Source of the DNA: Candidatus Eiseniibacteriota bacterium
GTDB taxonomy: Bacteria; Eisenbacteria; RBG-16-71-46; CAZEPH01
Direction: 5' to 3'
Assembly (NCBI GenBank): GCA_044229145.1
Contig: JBGATO010000011.1
Coordinates: forward strand, 9,519 to 73,518
Length of the DNA stretch: 64,000 bases
Numbering within the stretch: position 1 is the first letter of the stretch; every line of letters starts with the position of its first letter. The notes under the pieces were generated by a model. The model ran no database searches. It was not told where the DNA came from and saw only the letters and a list, made by a program, of their open reading frames with translations. This document shows positions 38,558-48,229 of this stretch, one piece after another. A program made the translations under genes and the position numbers.

Positions 38558-40816
38558 CTAGAGCGCGAGGGCGTCGTCGAGCGCCTTGAGCGCCTCGCCG
38601 CGTTCGTAGGATCCGAGCGTGCGGGCCGCCGCGCGGTAGCGCGCCGACAACGCCGCGTCGCGCGCGATCCGGCGCGCCAGCACCTGCAACGCCACCCGCT
38701 TCTCATACTGCGAGCCGATGCCGTCCGCCACCTCGAGCGCCTCACCCAACGAAGGCGGAGCCAGTGGCGCATTCGAGGCAAGTGCCACCAACGCCGTCCG
38801 GCGCTCGAAATCCGAGTGCAGCCCACGCATCGCGGTGAGACACGCGCCCGCGACGGCGGGATCGGAGGCGCGCGGCGCCGCGACCTCGATCACCGTGCGC
38901 AACTCGAAATCCGAGGTGATCCGCTCGCCGGCGAGGCGAACCAGAGACGCGGCGAACGGCGCGCCGCCTGTCCCGCCCTCCAATCCTTCTTGGATCGTGC
39001 GGCGCAGTTCGTAACTGGAGCCGAGTCGCGCTGCCTGCCCCATCCACGCCGCTTGCGCGTCCGCCTCCGTGTGCACGGCCCGCAACCGCGCGGCGTGCCG
39101 CAGGATCTCCGCCAACTCGAAGTCGGAGCCGATGCTCTGCGCGCCCGCGATCACTTGCCCCGCGCGCGATGCGTCGAGCGGATCGTCGTCCATCGCGGCC
39201 GTCAGCACGCAGCGTACGTCGTAGTCGGAGTGCATCTCGCTCGCGAGGGCGAGGGCGCGGGAGAATTGCGGCGCGTCGAGGGTCGCCTGTGCGAAGAGCG
39301 CGGTCAGGTACGCGGCGCGGCCTCCGTCACCGGTGATGAGCGCGCATTCGTCCAGCACGCGCGGGGGACCGCCGCGCGCCAGCAAGCGGCCGACGCGGCC
39401 GTTCGCGTCGAAGGCGGTTTCGCGGAAGATGCGCGGGAGCGCGGCGGCCAGCCATGCGCGGCCCTCCGCGTCGAGTGGCGCGGTGTGGCCATTCACGGAG
39501 TAGAGGCGGCTCACATCGCCCCCACGCGCGGGACGTACCTGGTACTCGTGTTCGACCCCGCCCTGCTTCTCGCGCAGGAAGAACGCGCCGCCCGGCGACA
39601 GGCTCGCGACATCGGATTCGTCGTCGGCAAATCGCACCACGCCCGTCGTGCGCAGCTTCGCCGTGTACCCCGGGCGCGTGACGGACGCGCTCATGCCCCA
39701 GCCGTCCTGCGATGTCGTGATGCGAGTCGAACTGCCGTGGGTGCGGGTGATCAGATCCTCCGCATTGCAACCCGGCAGCACGAACGCCGCGCCGGCAAGC
39801 CCGAGGAACACGCCGAGGCGCAGCGGCCATGAGACGGTACGTGACGACATGATGGTCTCCGTGAGCAGGTGATCGACGCGCGCGACGAGTGGACCGTCGG
39901 ACGCCATGGCGACACCGATGGCGGCGGTGCGGGTGCGGGTGAGGTGTGCCGCGCAGGTCGCCAGACATTCGGCGAGCGCGCGGGGATCGCGGGTGGCGCG
40001 CGCTGCCCAGGCATCGGCCTCGAGTTCGGCGAGGGCAGCCAATCGGCGCCGGGCGAGGTGGAGCAGCGGCTGCAGCCACATCGCCGCGGCGAGCAGTTGC
40101 ACGAGCACGTGCCACTGAGGATCGCGGCGGGCGCGGTGCGCCAATTCGTGGGCGAGGAGCGCGCGTCGCTGCCGGGCGTCCAGATCTCCCGCCGCCCATT
40201 CCGGCAGGACGATCTCCCCGTTCGGCAGCGTCAGCGGACTCCCGACCGCGCGCGAGACGCTGAGGCCACGCGGCCGCAGCCCCTGCACCGCGCACATCGA
40301 GGCGAACTCCGCGGCGATCCCGGCGTCCACCGTCCGCCGTTCCGCGAGCAGCCGGCGCGCCGCACGCGCCGAGTGCGCGTGGCGCGTGAGCCCAACGGCT
40401 GCCCCCGCGAGCCACAGCAGCGCGAGCGCCTCTGCCGCGCGGGCGAGGCCGCGCGGGATGCCTCGCGGCGTCGGCACCGGCGTCGCGGCGGGTGCCAGCG
40501 GTGTGGCGCGCGCTGCCCGCGACGCGTCCGCGACGTGCGCGGCACGCGGCGAGGCCGCACGGGGCGGCGCGGTCCGCAGGTGCGGTGCCGCGGCAGGCTG
40601 GAGCAGCGAGGCGGCGGATCGCGCCGTCCACCCGCAGCTGTATGCGGTCGCCGTCGCCAGCGCGCCCACCAGCGCGGCCCGCCACACGAACTCGCGCACC
40701 GCCGGCACCCGCCCGCGGCACGCCGCGTCGATTCCCCATGCCGCCGCGAGCAGCAGAGTCGAATGCGCTAGGTAGGTGAGCAGCCAGGCCGTCACGCCGG
40801 AGGCCAGATCATTCAT
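38558..40816 (-). CDS. BlaR1-like M56 family metallopeptidase with C-terminal helical-repeat extracytoplasmic domain, 752 aa
   Basis: HSTLL, HELAH zinc motif, W.QPL, E..AD..A; C-terminal S.(F/Y)E.R..L repeats; 8-nt overlap with the blaI-like gene. Confidence 0.9.
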   Translation of the reverse strand: MNDLASGVTAWLLTYLAHSTLLLAAAWGIDAACRGRVPAVREFVWRAALVGALATATAYSCGWTARSAASLLQPAAAPHLRTAPPRAASPRAAHVADASRAARATPLAPAATPVPTPRGIPRGLARAAEALALLWLAGAAVGLTRHAHSARAARRLLAERRTVDAGIAAEFASMCAVQGLRPRGLSVSRAVGSPLTLPNGEIVLPEWAAGDLDARQRRALLAHELAHRARRDPQWHVLVQLLAAAMWLQPLLHLARRRLAALAELEADAWAARATRDPRALAECLATCAAHLTRTRTAAIGVAMASDGPLVARVDHLLTETIMSSRTVSWPLRLGVFLGLAGAAFVLPGCNAEDLITRTHGSSTRITTSQDGWGMSASVTRPGYTAKLRTTGVVRFADDESDVASLSPGGAFFLREKQGGVEHEYQVRPARGGDVSRLYSVNGHTAPLDAEGRAWLAAALPRIFRETAFDANGRVGRLLARGGPPRVLDECALITGDGGRAAYLTALFAQATLDAPQFSRALALASEMHSDYDVRCVLTAAMDDDPLDASRAGQVIAGAQSIGSDFELAEILRHAARLRAVHTEADAQAAWMGQAARLGSSYELRRTIQEGLEGGTGGAPFAASLVRLAGERITSDFELRTVIEVAAPRASDPAVAGACLTAMRGLHSDFERRTALVALASNAPLAPPSLGEALEVADGIGSQYEKRVALQVLARRIARDAALSARYRAAARTLGSYERGEALKALDDALAL

Positions 40817-41198
40817 CGTCGGACCCCCGCAGGCGTGCCCGGATCTTGGTCAGGTCTCCCGGGGCGATGTCGTCGGCGCGCACCAAGTGCGTGACGAGCG
40901 CGAGCGCATCGCCACGAAACAACGTCGACACCAGATCGGTCACCATCGACTCGCGCACGTCGGCCTCGCTGACCAGCGCGCGATAGGTGAGGGTGCGGCC
41001 GTCGCGGCGCGAGGCGACCACGCCGCGCTTCGCGAGTCGCGTGAGAAGCGTGGCGACGGTGGTCGGCGCCAGACCGCGCTCGGCGGCCAGATCGGCGGCG
41101 ATGTCCGAGGTCGCCGCCTCGCCGCGACGCCACAGCGCGCGCATCACCGCGAACTGCACGGCGGAGAGATGAATGTCACGAGACGAAGAAGCGGACAT
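40809..41198 (-). CDS. BlaI/MecI/CopY family transcriptional repressor, 129 aa
   Basis: GAGGT RBS; VMRALW, LAPTTVATLLTRLAKRGVV, YRALV, LFRG..ALVTHL; no CopY-type Cys tail. Confidence 0.93.
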   Translation of the reverse strand: MSASSSRDIHLSAVQFAVMRALWRRGEAATSDIAADLAAERGLAPTTVATLLTRLAKRGVVASRRDGRTLTYRALVSEADVRESMVTDLVSTLFRGDALALVTHLVRADDIAPGDLTKIRARLRGSDDE

Positions 41199-41226
41199 GA
41201 CGACCTCGCGGGCGATCGAATGGACA

Positions 41227-41240
41227 ACTACATGTGTAGT
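41227..41240. promoter_or_regulatory. BlaI/CopY-type operator palindrome ACTACA-TG-TGTAGT
   Basis: Matches the family consensus TACA-N2-TGTA; lies 29 nt upstream of the blaI-like start and overlaps the -10 position of a minus-strand TTGACG (41256-41261)-N17 promoter. Confidence 0.85.
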
Positions 41241-41341
41241 CGAAGTCCGGCCCGCCGTCAAGGCCTCCCCGGAATTCGCTACCTGCGCCGCTCGCCGACG
41301 CCGCTATACTGCCGCGCACTCGATGCGGGCGGAGGGAGTTC

Positions 41342-41731
41342 ATGCTCTGGTACGTGGCGCTCGGTAGCGCTCTCGGCGGCGTGACGCGATTCGTGGTGGG
41401 AGGCTATCTCCAGCGGATGTGGGGCGCGGAGTTCCCCGCGGGGACGCTGTTCGTCAACCTGACAGGATCGCTGCTCATCGGGTTCGTGATGCGGCTCTGT
41501 GTCGCCGCCCCGTCGATTCCCGTGGAGGCGCGTCTGTTCCTCACCACCGGCTTCTGCGGCGGCTTCACCACGTTCTCGACCTTCAGCCTCGAAACCGTCG
41601 AGATGCTCAAGACGGGCGCGGCACCGCGCGCCGTGCTCTACATCGTGTCCAGCGTGTTGCTCTGTCTCGCCGGCACATTCGCCGGGTTCGCGTTGGCGCT
41701 CGGCCTCGTGGCGTTGCGCCGCGGCCTCTGA
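41342..41731 (+). CDS. crcB: Fluoride channel Fluc/CrcB, 129 aa
   Basis: GGAGGGAG RBS; GSALGGVTRF, FPAGTLFVNLTGS, TGFCGGFTTFSTFS.E. Confidence 0.96.
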   Translation: MLWYVALGSALGGVTRFVVGGYLQRMWGAEFPAGTLFVNLTGSLLIGFVMRLCVAAPSIPVEARLFLTTGFCGGFTTFSTFSLETVEMLKTGAAPRAVLYIVSSVLLCLAGTFAGFALALGLVALRRGL

Positions 41732-41738
41732 CGCGCGA

Positions 41739-41765
41739 ACGCCGGGAGCGGCGAGCTCCCGGCGT
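41739..41765. terminator. Hairpin between convergent genes
   Basis: ACGCCGGGAGC-GGCGA-GCTCCCGGCGT, 11-bp perfect stem. Confidence 0.65.
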
Positions 41766-41795
41766 CGGCGCGACTCGCGCTGGCAGTGCGCGCGC

Positions 41796-43055
41796 CTACT
41801 TGATCGATCCGAGCACGCTCTTGGCGCCGGTGCCCTTGCCGGTGAGTTCGAGCGTCCACGTCGTCGGCTTGTCGCCATCGCCCTGCGGGTTCGTGCCGAC
41901 GAACTTGACCCAGCCGCCGGGGACGCTGTCCGCCAGCCACCATTCGATCGTCGAACCGCCGGCGCCGCCGGAGAACTTCACGTGCTTGGCGCTCACGCCG
42001 CCCACGGTTTCGCTGCCGACGGTGGCGCCTTCCACGCTCTCCGGCGTCGGCTTGAAGGGCAGCGCCGAGAGGCTGCTCAGCATCGACATGTACTGCGGGA
42101 CGAGCATCTCGCGCGGTTCGGGATCGCCGGGCAGCTTGCCGCGCATGCGCACCAGCTGCCGGATGGTGCCGTCGGGGTCGAGCGGCTTGAACAGACCTTC
42201 GAGCACCACGGTGTCGACCACCGCGTCGTGTGCGACCAGCGACGTGGTGCGCCACCACTCGCTGCCCTCGGGCGTCTTGAGCAGGAAGGCGCGCTCGATC
42301 GTCGTCTTCTCCTCGGGCGATGCGGAGTCCAGCATCTGCCACGTCGTCCACTCGCCCGGCTGGTAGGGCTTCTCGAACATGGTGGCGCCGGAGATGTACA
42401 TCGCCGAGAACATGTACCCGATGTAGCCCCACGCAGCGTCGCCGCCCCACGTCGACGGCAGATGGCCGTGGCCGCCGCCGCCGCGCACCGCGCCGCCGGT
42501 GTAGCCGGGACCCGCATCGCCGCTGATCGTCGTGACGCGCGAGCCGAGCGCCCCCATCAGGTCGCCCTTGTGCGCGCCGAGCACCGACTTCTCGCCATCG
42601 CTGAACTTCTCGGAACACGAGCCGCCGAGGAAACACAGGATGCGATTGGTGAGCGACTCGTACTGTCCGCCCTTGAATCCACCCGCGCTGTTGGCCGCGG
42701 CCGTCGGGCCCTCCATCAACTTCGCGCGTTCCTTCTGGAAGCCGTCCTCGCTCGAGGCGCCGCACTTCGCCTTGAGGGCGATCTTCGCGGCGAGCCCGAG
42801 CTTGCCGCCGCTGGCGTCGTTCGCGGCCATGAACGTCTTCGCGCACTCACGCCACGCGGCGATCTTGCGATCGAGTTCGTCGAGTTGCGCGGTGACGTTG
42901 CCCTGCGCCTGCGTCTCGGCGGTGTGAGCCTTGAAGAAGCGGGCGATGATGTCTTCGGTGATCTCGACCACGTCACCGGCTCGCGCCGGCAGCGCGGAGA
43001 CGGCGAGGCAGGTGGCAAGCAGCGCGGTGACGACTGCGGAGCGGCGGAGCCTCAT
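41796..43055 (-). CDS. Secreted hypothetical protein (helical N-domain with Cys pairs, Gly linker, beta-rich C-domain), 419 aa
   Basis: GGAGGA RBS; signal peptide ending ARA; strong GC3 codon bias; YQPGEWTTW and EWWLADSVPGGWVK. Confidence 0.8.
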   Translation of the reverse strand: MRLRRSAVVTALLATCLAVSALPARAGDVVEITEDIIARFFKAHTAETQAQGNVTAQLDELDRKIAAWRECAKTFMAANDASGGKLGLAAKIALKAKCGASSEDGFQKERAKLMEGPTAAANSAGGFKGGQYESLTNRILCFLGGSCSEKFSDGEKSVLGAHKGDLMGALGSRVTTISGDAGPGYTGGAVRGGGGHGHLPSTWGGDAAWGYIGYMFSAMYISGATMFEKPYQPGEWTTWQMLDSASPEEKTTIERAFLLKTPEGSEWWRTTSLVAHDAVVDTVVLEGLFKPLDPDGTIRQLVRMRGKLPGDPEPREMLVPQYMSMLSSLSALPFKPTPESVEGATVGSETVGGVSAKHVKFSGGAGGSTIEWWLADSVPGGWVKFVGTNPQGDGDKPTTWTLELTGKGTGAKSVLGSIK

Positions 43056-43175
43056 GACGGCGAATCCTCCGGGTGAGGGGACGACGGCGAACCCCGCCGA
43101 CGATACGGCGTCCCATCCGGAGCTGTCAGTACATCAATAGGCGGCAGGGGCGACCTGGCGCAAGACCGCAACGCG

Positions 43176-43208
43176 CACGGGGCCGCGGCAGCACGCCGCG
43201 GCCCCGTG
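43176..43208 (-). terminator. Hairpin after the 43231-44961 gene
   Basis: CACGGGGCCGCGGC-AGCAC-GCCGCGGCCCCGTG perfect 14-bp stem. Confidence 0.7.
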
Positions 43209-43230
43209 TCACATCGCGGTGAGGGCGAGC

Positions 43231-44961
43231 CTACGGCAACACCGGCACCCGAATCACCGGCCCGGCGCCGCCGGCCGGCCGCGCGTAGTAGATGCCCGCC
43301 GGCACGCGGTGGCCGGCGCGGTCACGCAGATCCCATGCCGCCGTCGCCGTGCCGGTGGTCGCGTCGGCGCGCAGCGTGAGCCGCTGCATCACCCGTCCGG
43401 TGACGTCGAGCAGTTCGAGCCCCAGCGTGCCGCCCGGCGCCATATCCTGCGCCCGGAAGCGCGCCACCGCGCGTGCCGGCGACGGCGCCAGCGACAGCCG
43501 CACTGGCCGCGGGGCATCGCCCGGCCCGAGCCCGCCTTCGACCTCGGAGATCGTCCCGGCGCCGTTTTCGATGAACACGGGCTCCGGCCCCACGAGGATC
43601 GTCACCACGCCATCCGTGGATGGCACGGTTTCGATGAGCGCGTCCTCCGCCCGCTGGCCCGCCACCGTGATCGGATGTGTGATCACCACGCGCGACGCCG
43701 TGGTCTCGAGCGTGAACGGACGCGTCTGCAGCGGACACCACACGACGTCCACCGGCCCGTGCTCGGTCTCGAACCGGATGTCGAACAGGCAGCTGTCTTC
43801 GTCCGCGTAGTCGCGGATGCTGTTGTCGGTGGCGCTGGTGTAATCGGCGAGCTTCTGGGTGAGCAGCCGGTACGTCTCGTAGGACGGCTTGCCGTCGACA
43901 TACGATTGATTGTCCGAATGCACCAAGGCGACGTTCGTCCACTTCTCGGACAAGTCCTGATTGTACGGCCCCGGCGGCAGATACTCGAACGCGTAGCACA
44001 CCACACCGTTGCCCAGCGCTTCCGCGTAGTCGGACATCACGTGATAAGCGTTCAGCGTGTCGGTGTAGCCTTCGGCGCGCGACAGGTTCGGGCCGCCGGC
44101 CTCGTAGCACCAGATCTCCTTCGTCGAATCCGCCATCAAGCTGCGCAGGTAGGCGAGTTCGCCCTGGATCGTCTGGTCCACCTGGTACGAGTGCAGGTCG
44201 ACGAAATCGTAGTCGAGCGTCGAGAGATAGCGCGTGGTGCGGTTGATCCATTGCTGGAGCCGCGCCGGCGCGTAGTAGCGGTTCGACGGCGGCCGTCCAT
44301 GCACGAAGCCCGCCTGGTACGCCGCGTTCCAACACAGATCGCTCGACAGGCCGATCAATCCTACCTGCGCCGTCGAATCCGCGGCCAGAATCGCCGCGCG
44401 CGTCTGGGTGTAGTAGTCGACGTACTGGTCCTCGGTGCCCTTCCAGAACGTATCTTCCTGCTCGATGTGCCAGTGATGGACGACGCACGAACTGAACGGC
44501 ATGTCGTCGTGGCCATCGCCGTCGTAGCGCTCGACGATGCGGGTGATCGAATCCGTCCACGCCTGCATGTCGACCGGATAGTAGGCATTCGTGCTGTCGT
44601 CGGCGGCGGTGGTGATGGTGAAGGCGAGCTGCAAGCCGGCACCGCAGGTCGAAGTCACGCCGGCATCCGAGTCGTACCACCACCCGAAGCTGAAGTAGGG
44701 CTTCAGCATGCGGAAGCTCCACTCGGTGCCCAAGTAGCGCACCGCCGCCGTGTCGATGTTCGCGGTTTGCGCGCGATAGAGTCCGAAGTTGGTGCGCGGC
44801 CATGCGAGGCCGCTGCCCGAGCCGTTGCCGGATCCCGAGCCGGAGCCCGAGCCGCCTCCCGTTCCGGTGCCGATGGACTGTGCCTGCGCGGCTCCCGCCA
44901 GCGCCGTGATGCACGCGAGTGCGCCCCACAGGGCACGCCGCGACCGCCATGTCGACGTCAT
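43231..44961 (-). CDS. Secreted clan GH-A-like (GH39/GH5-like) hydrolase with FlgD/T9SS-like C-terminal domain, 576 aa
   Basis: GGGAGG RBS; signal peptide and GS linker; IVERYDGDG, HWHIEQE, DFVDLHSY, EIWCYEAG, KPSY; C-terminal WDLRD..G..VPAGIYYAR. Confidence 0.75.
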   Translation of the reverse strand: MTSTWRSRRALWGALACITALAGAAQAQSIGTGTGGGSGSGSGSGNGSGSGLAWPRTNFGLYRAQTANIDTAAVRYLGTEWSFRMLKPYFSFGWWYDSDAGVTSTCGAGLQLAFTITTAADDSTNAYYPVDMQAWTDSITRIVERYDGDGHDDMPFSSCVVHHWHIEQEDTFWKGTEDQYVDYYTQTRAAILAADSTAQVGLIGLSSDLCWNAAYQAGFVHGRPPSNRYYAPARLQQWINRTTRYLSTLDYDFVDLHSYQVDQTIQGELAYLRSLMADSTKEIWCYEAGGPNLSRAEGYTDTLNAYHVMSDYAEALGNGVVCYAFEYLPPGPYNQDLSEKWTNVALVHSDNQSYVDGKPSYETYRLLTQKLADYTSATDNSIRDYADEDSCLFDIRFETEHGPVDVVWCPLQTRPFTLETTASRVVITHPITVAGQRAEDALIETVPSTDGVVTILVGPEPVFIENGAGTISEVEGGLGPGDAPRPVRLSLAPSPARAVARFRAQDMAPGGTLGLELLDVTGRVMQRLTLRADATTGTATAAWDLRDRAGHRVPAGIYYARPAGGAGPVIRVPVLP

Positions 44962-45174
44962 GTTACGAAACCTCCCACTTGCGACATCGGCGGCGCCGGC
45001 CGGGGAGGCGAGATCGAGGCGAGGGAGAGCGGGGCGAGTGGGTGCGGGCGCGCAGCGCGGCGGTCCGGACCGCCGGGTTCCCCTGCCGCTTTCCGCTACT
45101 TGACGCTCCCGGCGTCAGGCAGGCACGGTCGGAGCATCTCCCCCCGCCCCTCTCAGAGGACTTGGAGGTACGTC

Positions 45175-45750
45175 ATGCGTTTCAGCTCATCGCGCATCGT
45201 GGCGGGCATCGTGGCCGCCGTGGTCGTCGCCAGCGTCGTCGCGGCCGCTCCCGCGAGCGCCAAGCCCCACAAGCGTGCGCCCGTCGCCAAAGGCGCGCCG
45301 ATCACCGTCACCGAAGCGGTCGACATCGCCGCGCTCGCCAAGGACCCCGCCAGCTTCGCCGGCAAGACCGTGCGCCTCGAGGGCACCGTCAAGGAGGTGT
45401 GCCAGGGCCGCGGCTGCTGGGTCGAAGTCGTCGACGCGAAGGGCGCCAGCTTCATGGCCAAGTCACTCGACGAATCCATCCTCTTGCCGAAGAACTGCGC
45501 CGGCCGCGGCATCATCGTGCAGGGCGTGGTGACCACGCTGGGCGGCGAGGAGAAGGCCGAGGCGAAGACCGAGGCGAAGACCGAGGCGAAGGAAGGCAGC
45601 GAGACGGCTGCGGCCGAGGGCCACGCGGCGATGCACGAAGGCCACGAGGCCAAGGAAGGCGGCAAGGACGCCGGCGAAGCGGGCGTCGCGCCGCACGAGT
45701 GCCCGCGCCCGACGTTCGTGGTCTCGACCCAGGGCGTGCGCCTCAAGTAA
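45175..45750 (+). CDS. Secreted DUF4920-like OB-fold protein with acidic/His-rich insertion, 191 aa
   Basis: GGAGG RBS; signal peptide ending ASA; GKTVRLEGTVKEVCQGRGCW. Confidence 0.8.
   Translation: MRFSSSRIVAGIVAAVVVASVVAAAPASAKPHKRAPVAKGAPITVTEAVDIAALAKDPASFAGKTVRLEGTVKEVCQGRGCWVEVVDAKGASFMAKSLDESILLPKNCAGRGIIVQGVVTTLGGEEKAEAKTEAKTEAKEGSETAAAEGHAAMHEGHEAKEGGKDAGEAGVAPHECPRPTFVVSTQGVRLK
45557..45591 (+). repeat. 12-bp tandem repeat x3 encoding EAKT
   Basis: CCGAGGCGAAGA CCGAGGCGAAGA CCGAGGCGAAG. Confidence 0.85.
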
Positions 45751-45829
45751 GCCCAACGCCGGGACGCAGTCGGGGGCGAGGTCGTCGCGCGACCCTCGCC
45801 CCGTGCGTTTTCCCGATGCGACGCGCGTC

Positions 45830-48229
45830 TCAGCGCGTGACGACGATCCGCCGCTGCATCACCGCCCCCGCGTGTTCGAGCCGCGCGATGTACACACCGC
45901 TCGCCACCCCGGCGCCGGCGCCGTCACGCAGATCCCACGTCGCGGTCTGCGCCCCGGCGCCTTCGCTGCCGTCACGCAGCACGCGCACCACGCGGCCCCT
46001 CACATTGGCGATCGTCAGACGCGCACGTCCCGCACGCGGCAGGGCGAAGGCAAACGTGGCGACGGTGGGCGCCGGAGTAGCGCCCGTCAACGCGAGCGCG
46101 AGCGCCGGGCGCCCCGACGGTTCCTCGACGCGCACCGGTAACCCGCTCGGCACGTGCAGCACGGCGATGCCGCGGCTCACGCACGACATCCATAGCTCGT
46201 AGCCGTCGCTCACCGGCTTGACTTCGACGTCCTCGATTTGTCCGTGCGGCAGGCCACCCCATTGCGGGGTGCCGCCCGGCGGTGCGGGGAAGCTGCCGAC
46301 GTGCGTGCCGTCCCACCAGCACAAGCCGCGTTCGGTGTACGGGTAGTCGGTGTCGTACTGCATCCACAGCCGGCCGTCGGAGGTCACCGCCCACGGCGTG
46401 ACGTAGTGCCCCGGGAATGGCCAGCCCTGGTCGTAGCGCCACATCGTGTACGCACCCGTCGTCGCGTCGAGCTTGATCAGTGCTCCACCCGTGCCGCCCT
46501 GCCCGCGCTGCACCGACGCGCCGATCCACACGACGCCGTTGGCGTCTGGCGCGAGGCCGGAGAACTGATCGCTGATGGTCGCCAGCTCTGGGAAGTCGCC
46601 GATCTGCCGTTGGAACCGATACGCGCCGTCGGTCCGCTGCACCTGATTGCCGGTGATCGTCCACACCGTGTTGGCGCGCGACGGATCCGGTCGCATCAGC
46701 GAGCCCCACCCCGACATCGGCACGGACGACCACGCGCTACCGGTGAAGTAATTCAGCGCATAGTATTCGCCGAGCGCCCACACGCGGCCGCCCGAGTCCT
46801 CGTTCAAGCGCACCGCGCCGCTCAACGTGGAGAGTTGCGTGAAGTGCGTGCCGTCCCATTCGTGGATGCCGTACGAGTACGATGCCGGCGACACCACCAG
46901 TCGCCCGTTCGACGGACGCGTGGTGAGGGCTTCGCAATTGTCGTTGAGGAACGGCCAGTCGTAGCCCAGACCGTAGGTGTCGCTGTTCCATCCCGTCCAC
47001 CGCGTGCCGTCGAAGCGCACCATGCCGCCGATGCCGGCGCCCGCGTTGGCGCCCGCGTACACCGCGCCGGTCGCCTGGTCGATCGTGATGTCGTGCGAGA
47101 AGTCGTCGAACTGCGCGGTATTGGTGATGCGGTAGCGTTGCCACGCGCCCGTCACCGGATCGCGCCGCGCCGCGCCGCCGGTGCCACTGATCCAGATCAC
47201 GCCCGCCGCATCGATGTCGATCGACTCGGTCCACGCGCCGCTGCGCCAGATGCCGAGATTCGTCCACGCCGTGCCGTCGAAGCGCCACACCGTGCTGTTG
47301 CCATCGACCAGCAACGCTTGCTTGTCGCCGAACGCCTTGAACGCCCAAATGTCGTACGTGACGCCGTCGAACGGCGCCGGCGGCGACACCCATGTGCCCG
47401 CCGTCGTCAGATAGTCGAGACCTTCCCACGCGCCCGGTTGCCGCAGCCGCAACGCCCAGAAGTTGCCCTGGTCGTCGACGCAATCCTTGCCCGGCATCCC
47501 GGCCACTTGTCCCGGCGCGCCGGTGAACGGCAACTGTGTCCACGCGCCGGTCGTGCTGTTGAAGCGCCACGCATAGCCGTAGTACGACGACGCCGTCCAC
47601 ACGAGATAGCCGCCGCCCGGCTTCGGCTGCACGCTGATGTAGCTGCCGCCGAGATTCCACCGCGTCCACGAGTTGGTCGACGGCGTGTAGCGCGTCACAC
47701 CGCCCGCGCCCCACACCGTGCTGTACGCGACGAACCACACCGTGCCGTCCGGCGCGATGTCGACGTCGGTGTTCCACCCGCCCGGTAGCGCCGAGTTGTT
47801 GCGGTCGTAGCGCACCAGCGACGACGCGCCCACCGCCGGATCGAAGAACAGCGCGCCGCGGCCCGTCGCCATCCACAGCCGGCCGGCCGCGTCCGGCGCG
47901 AAGTCGCTCACGCGTGACGTGCCGGTCGAGTCCGGATGTCCGATCACCGGATAGTCGACGTTCGAGAAGTTGACCCAGCGGTTCTCCGCCTGCAGGAAGT
48001 GCGCAAAGCCGCCTTCCTCGAACGACGGGTTGTAGCCGCCAACGTACGGATCACCGTCCGGGCCGATCCACACCGCGTCGTTGTAATCGCCCTGGATGCC
48101 GGTGTTGCCGACGCGATAGTAGCGCCAGGTTTCGCCATCGGCGCGCGCGGCCACGGCCGCCACGAGCACGACGCAGCACAGAAGCACGAGATGCCCGAGT
48201 CGACGGGCGAGTTGAGGGAGGGGCTGCAT
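45830..48229 (-). CDS. Secreted Trp-rich beta-propeller protein (Reg_prop-like blades) with FlgD/T9SS-like C-terminal domain, 799 aa
   Basis: AAAGGA RBS before ATG 48229; signal peptide ending ARA; repeated D..G..W and FDG..W blades; C-terminal WDLRD..G..VASGVYIARL...RRIVVTR. Confidence 0.85.
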   Translation of the reverse strand: MQPLPQLARRLGHLVLLCCVVLVAAVAARADGETWRYYRVGNTGIQGDYNDAVWIGPDGDPYVGGYNPSFEEGGFAHFLQAENRWVNFSNVDYPVIGHPDSTGTSRVSDFAPDAAGRLWMATGRGALFFDPAVGASSLVRYDRNNSALPGGWNTDVDIAPDGTVWFVAYSTVWGAGGVTRYTPSTNSWTRWNLGGSYISVQPKPGGGYLVWTASSYYGYAWRFNSTTGAWTQLPFTGAPGQVAGMPGKDCVDDQGNFWALRLRQPGAWEGLDYLTTAGTWVSPPAPFDGVTYDIWAFKAFGDKQALLVDGNSTVWRFDGTAWTNLGIWRSGAWTESIDIDAAGVIWISGTGGAARRDPVTGAWQRYRITNTAQFDDFSHDITIDQATGAVYAGANAGAGIGGMVRFDGTRWTGWNSDTYGLGYDWPFLNDNCEALTTRPSNGRLVVSPASYSYGIHEWDGTHFTQLSTLSGAVRLNEDSGGRVWALGEYYALNYFTGSAWSSVPMSGWGSLMRPDPSRANTVWTITGNQVQRTDGAYRFQRQIGDFPELATISDQFSGLAPDANGVVWIGASVQRGQGGTGGALIKLDATTGAYTMWRYDQGWPFPGHYVTPWAVTSDGRLWMQYDTDYPYTERGLCWWDGTHVGSFPAPPGGTPQWGGLPHGQIEDVEVKPVSDGYELWMSCVSRGIAVLHVPSGLPVRVEEPSGRPALALALTGATPAPTVATFAFALPRAGRARLTIANVRGRVVRVLRDGSEGAGAQTATWDLRDGAGAGVASGVYIARLEHAGAVMQRRIVVTR

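Noticed and set aside
41262..41341. Fluoride riboswitch upstream of crcB
   Set aside because: No GGCGATGG...CGCC / GCT.ATGAC consensus visible.
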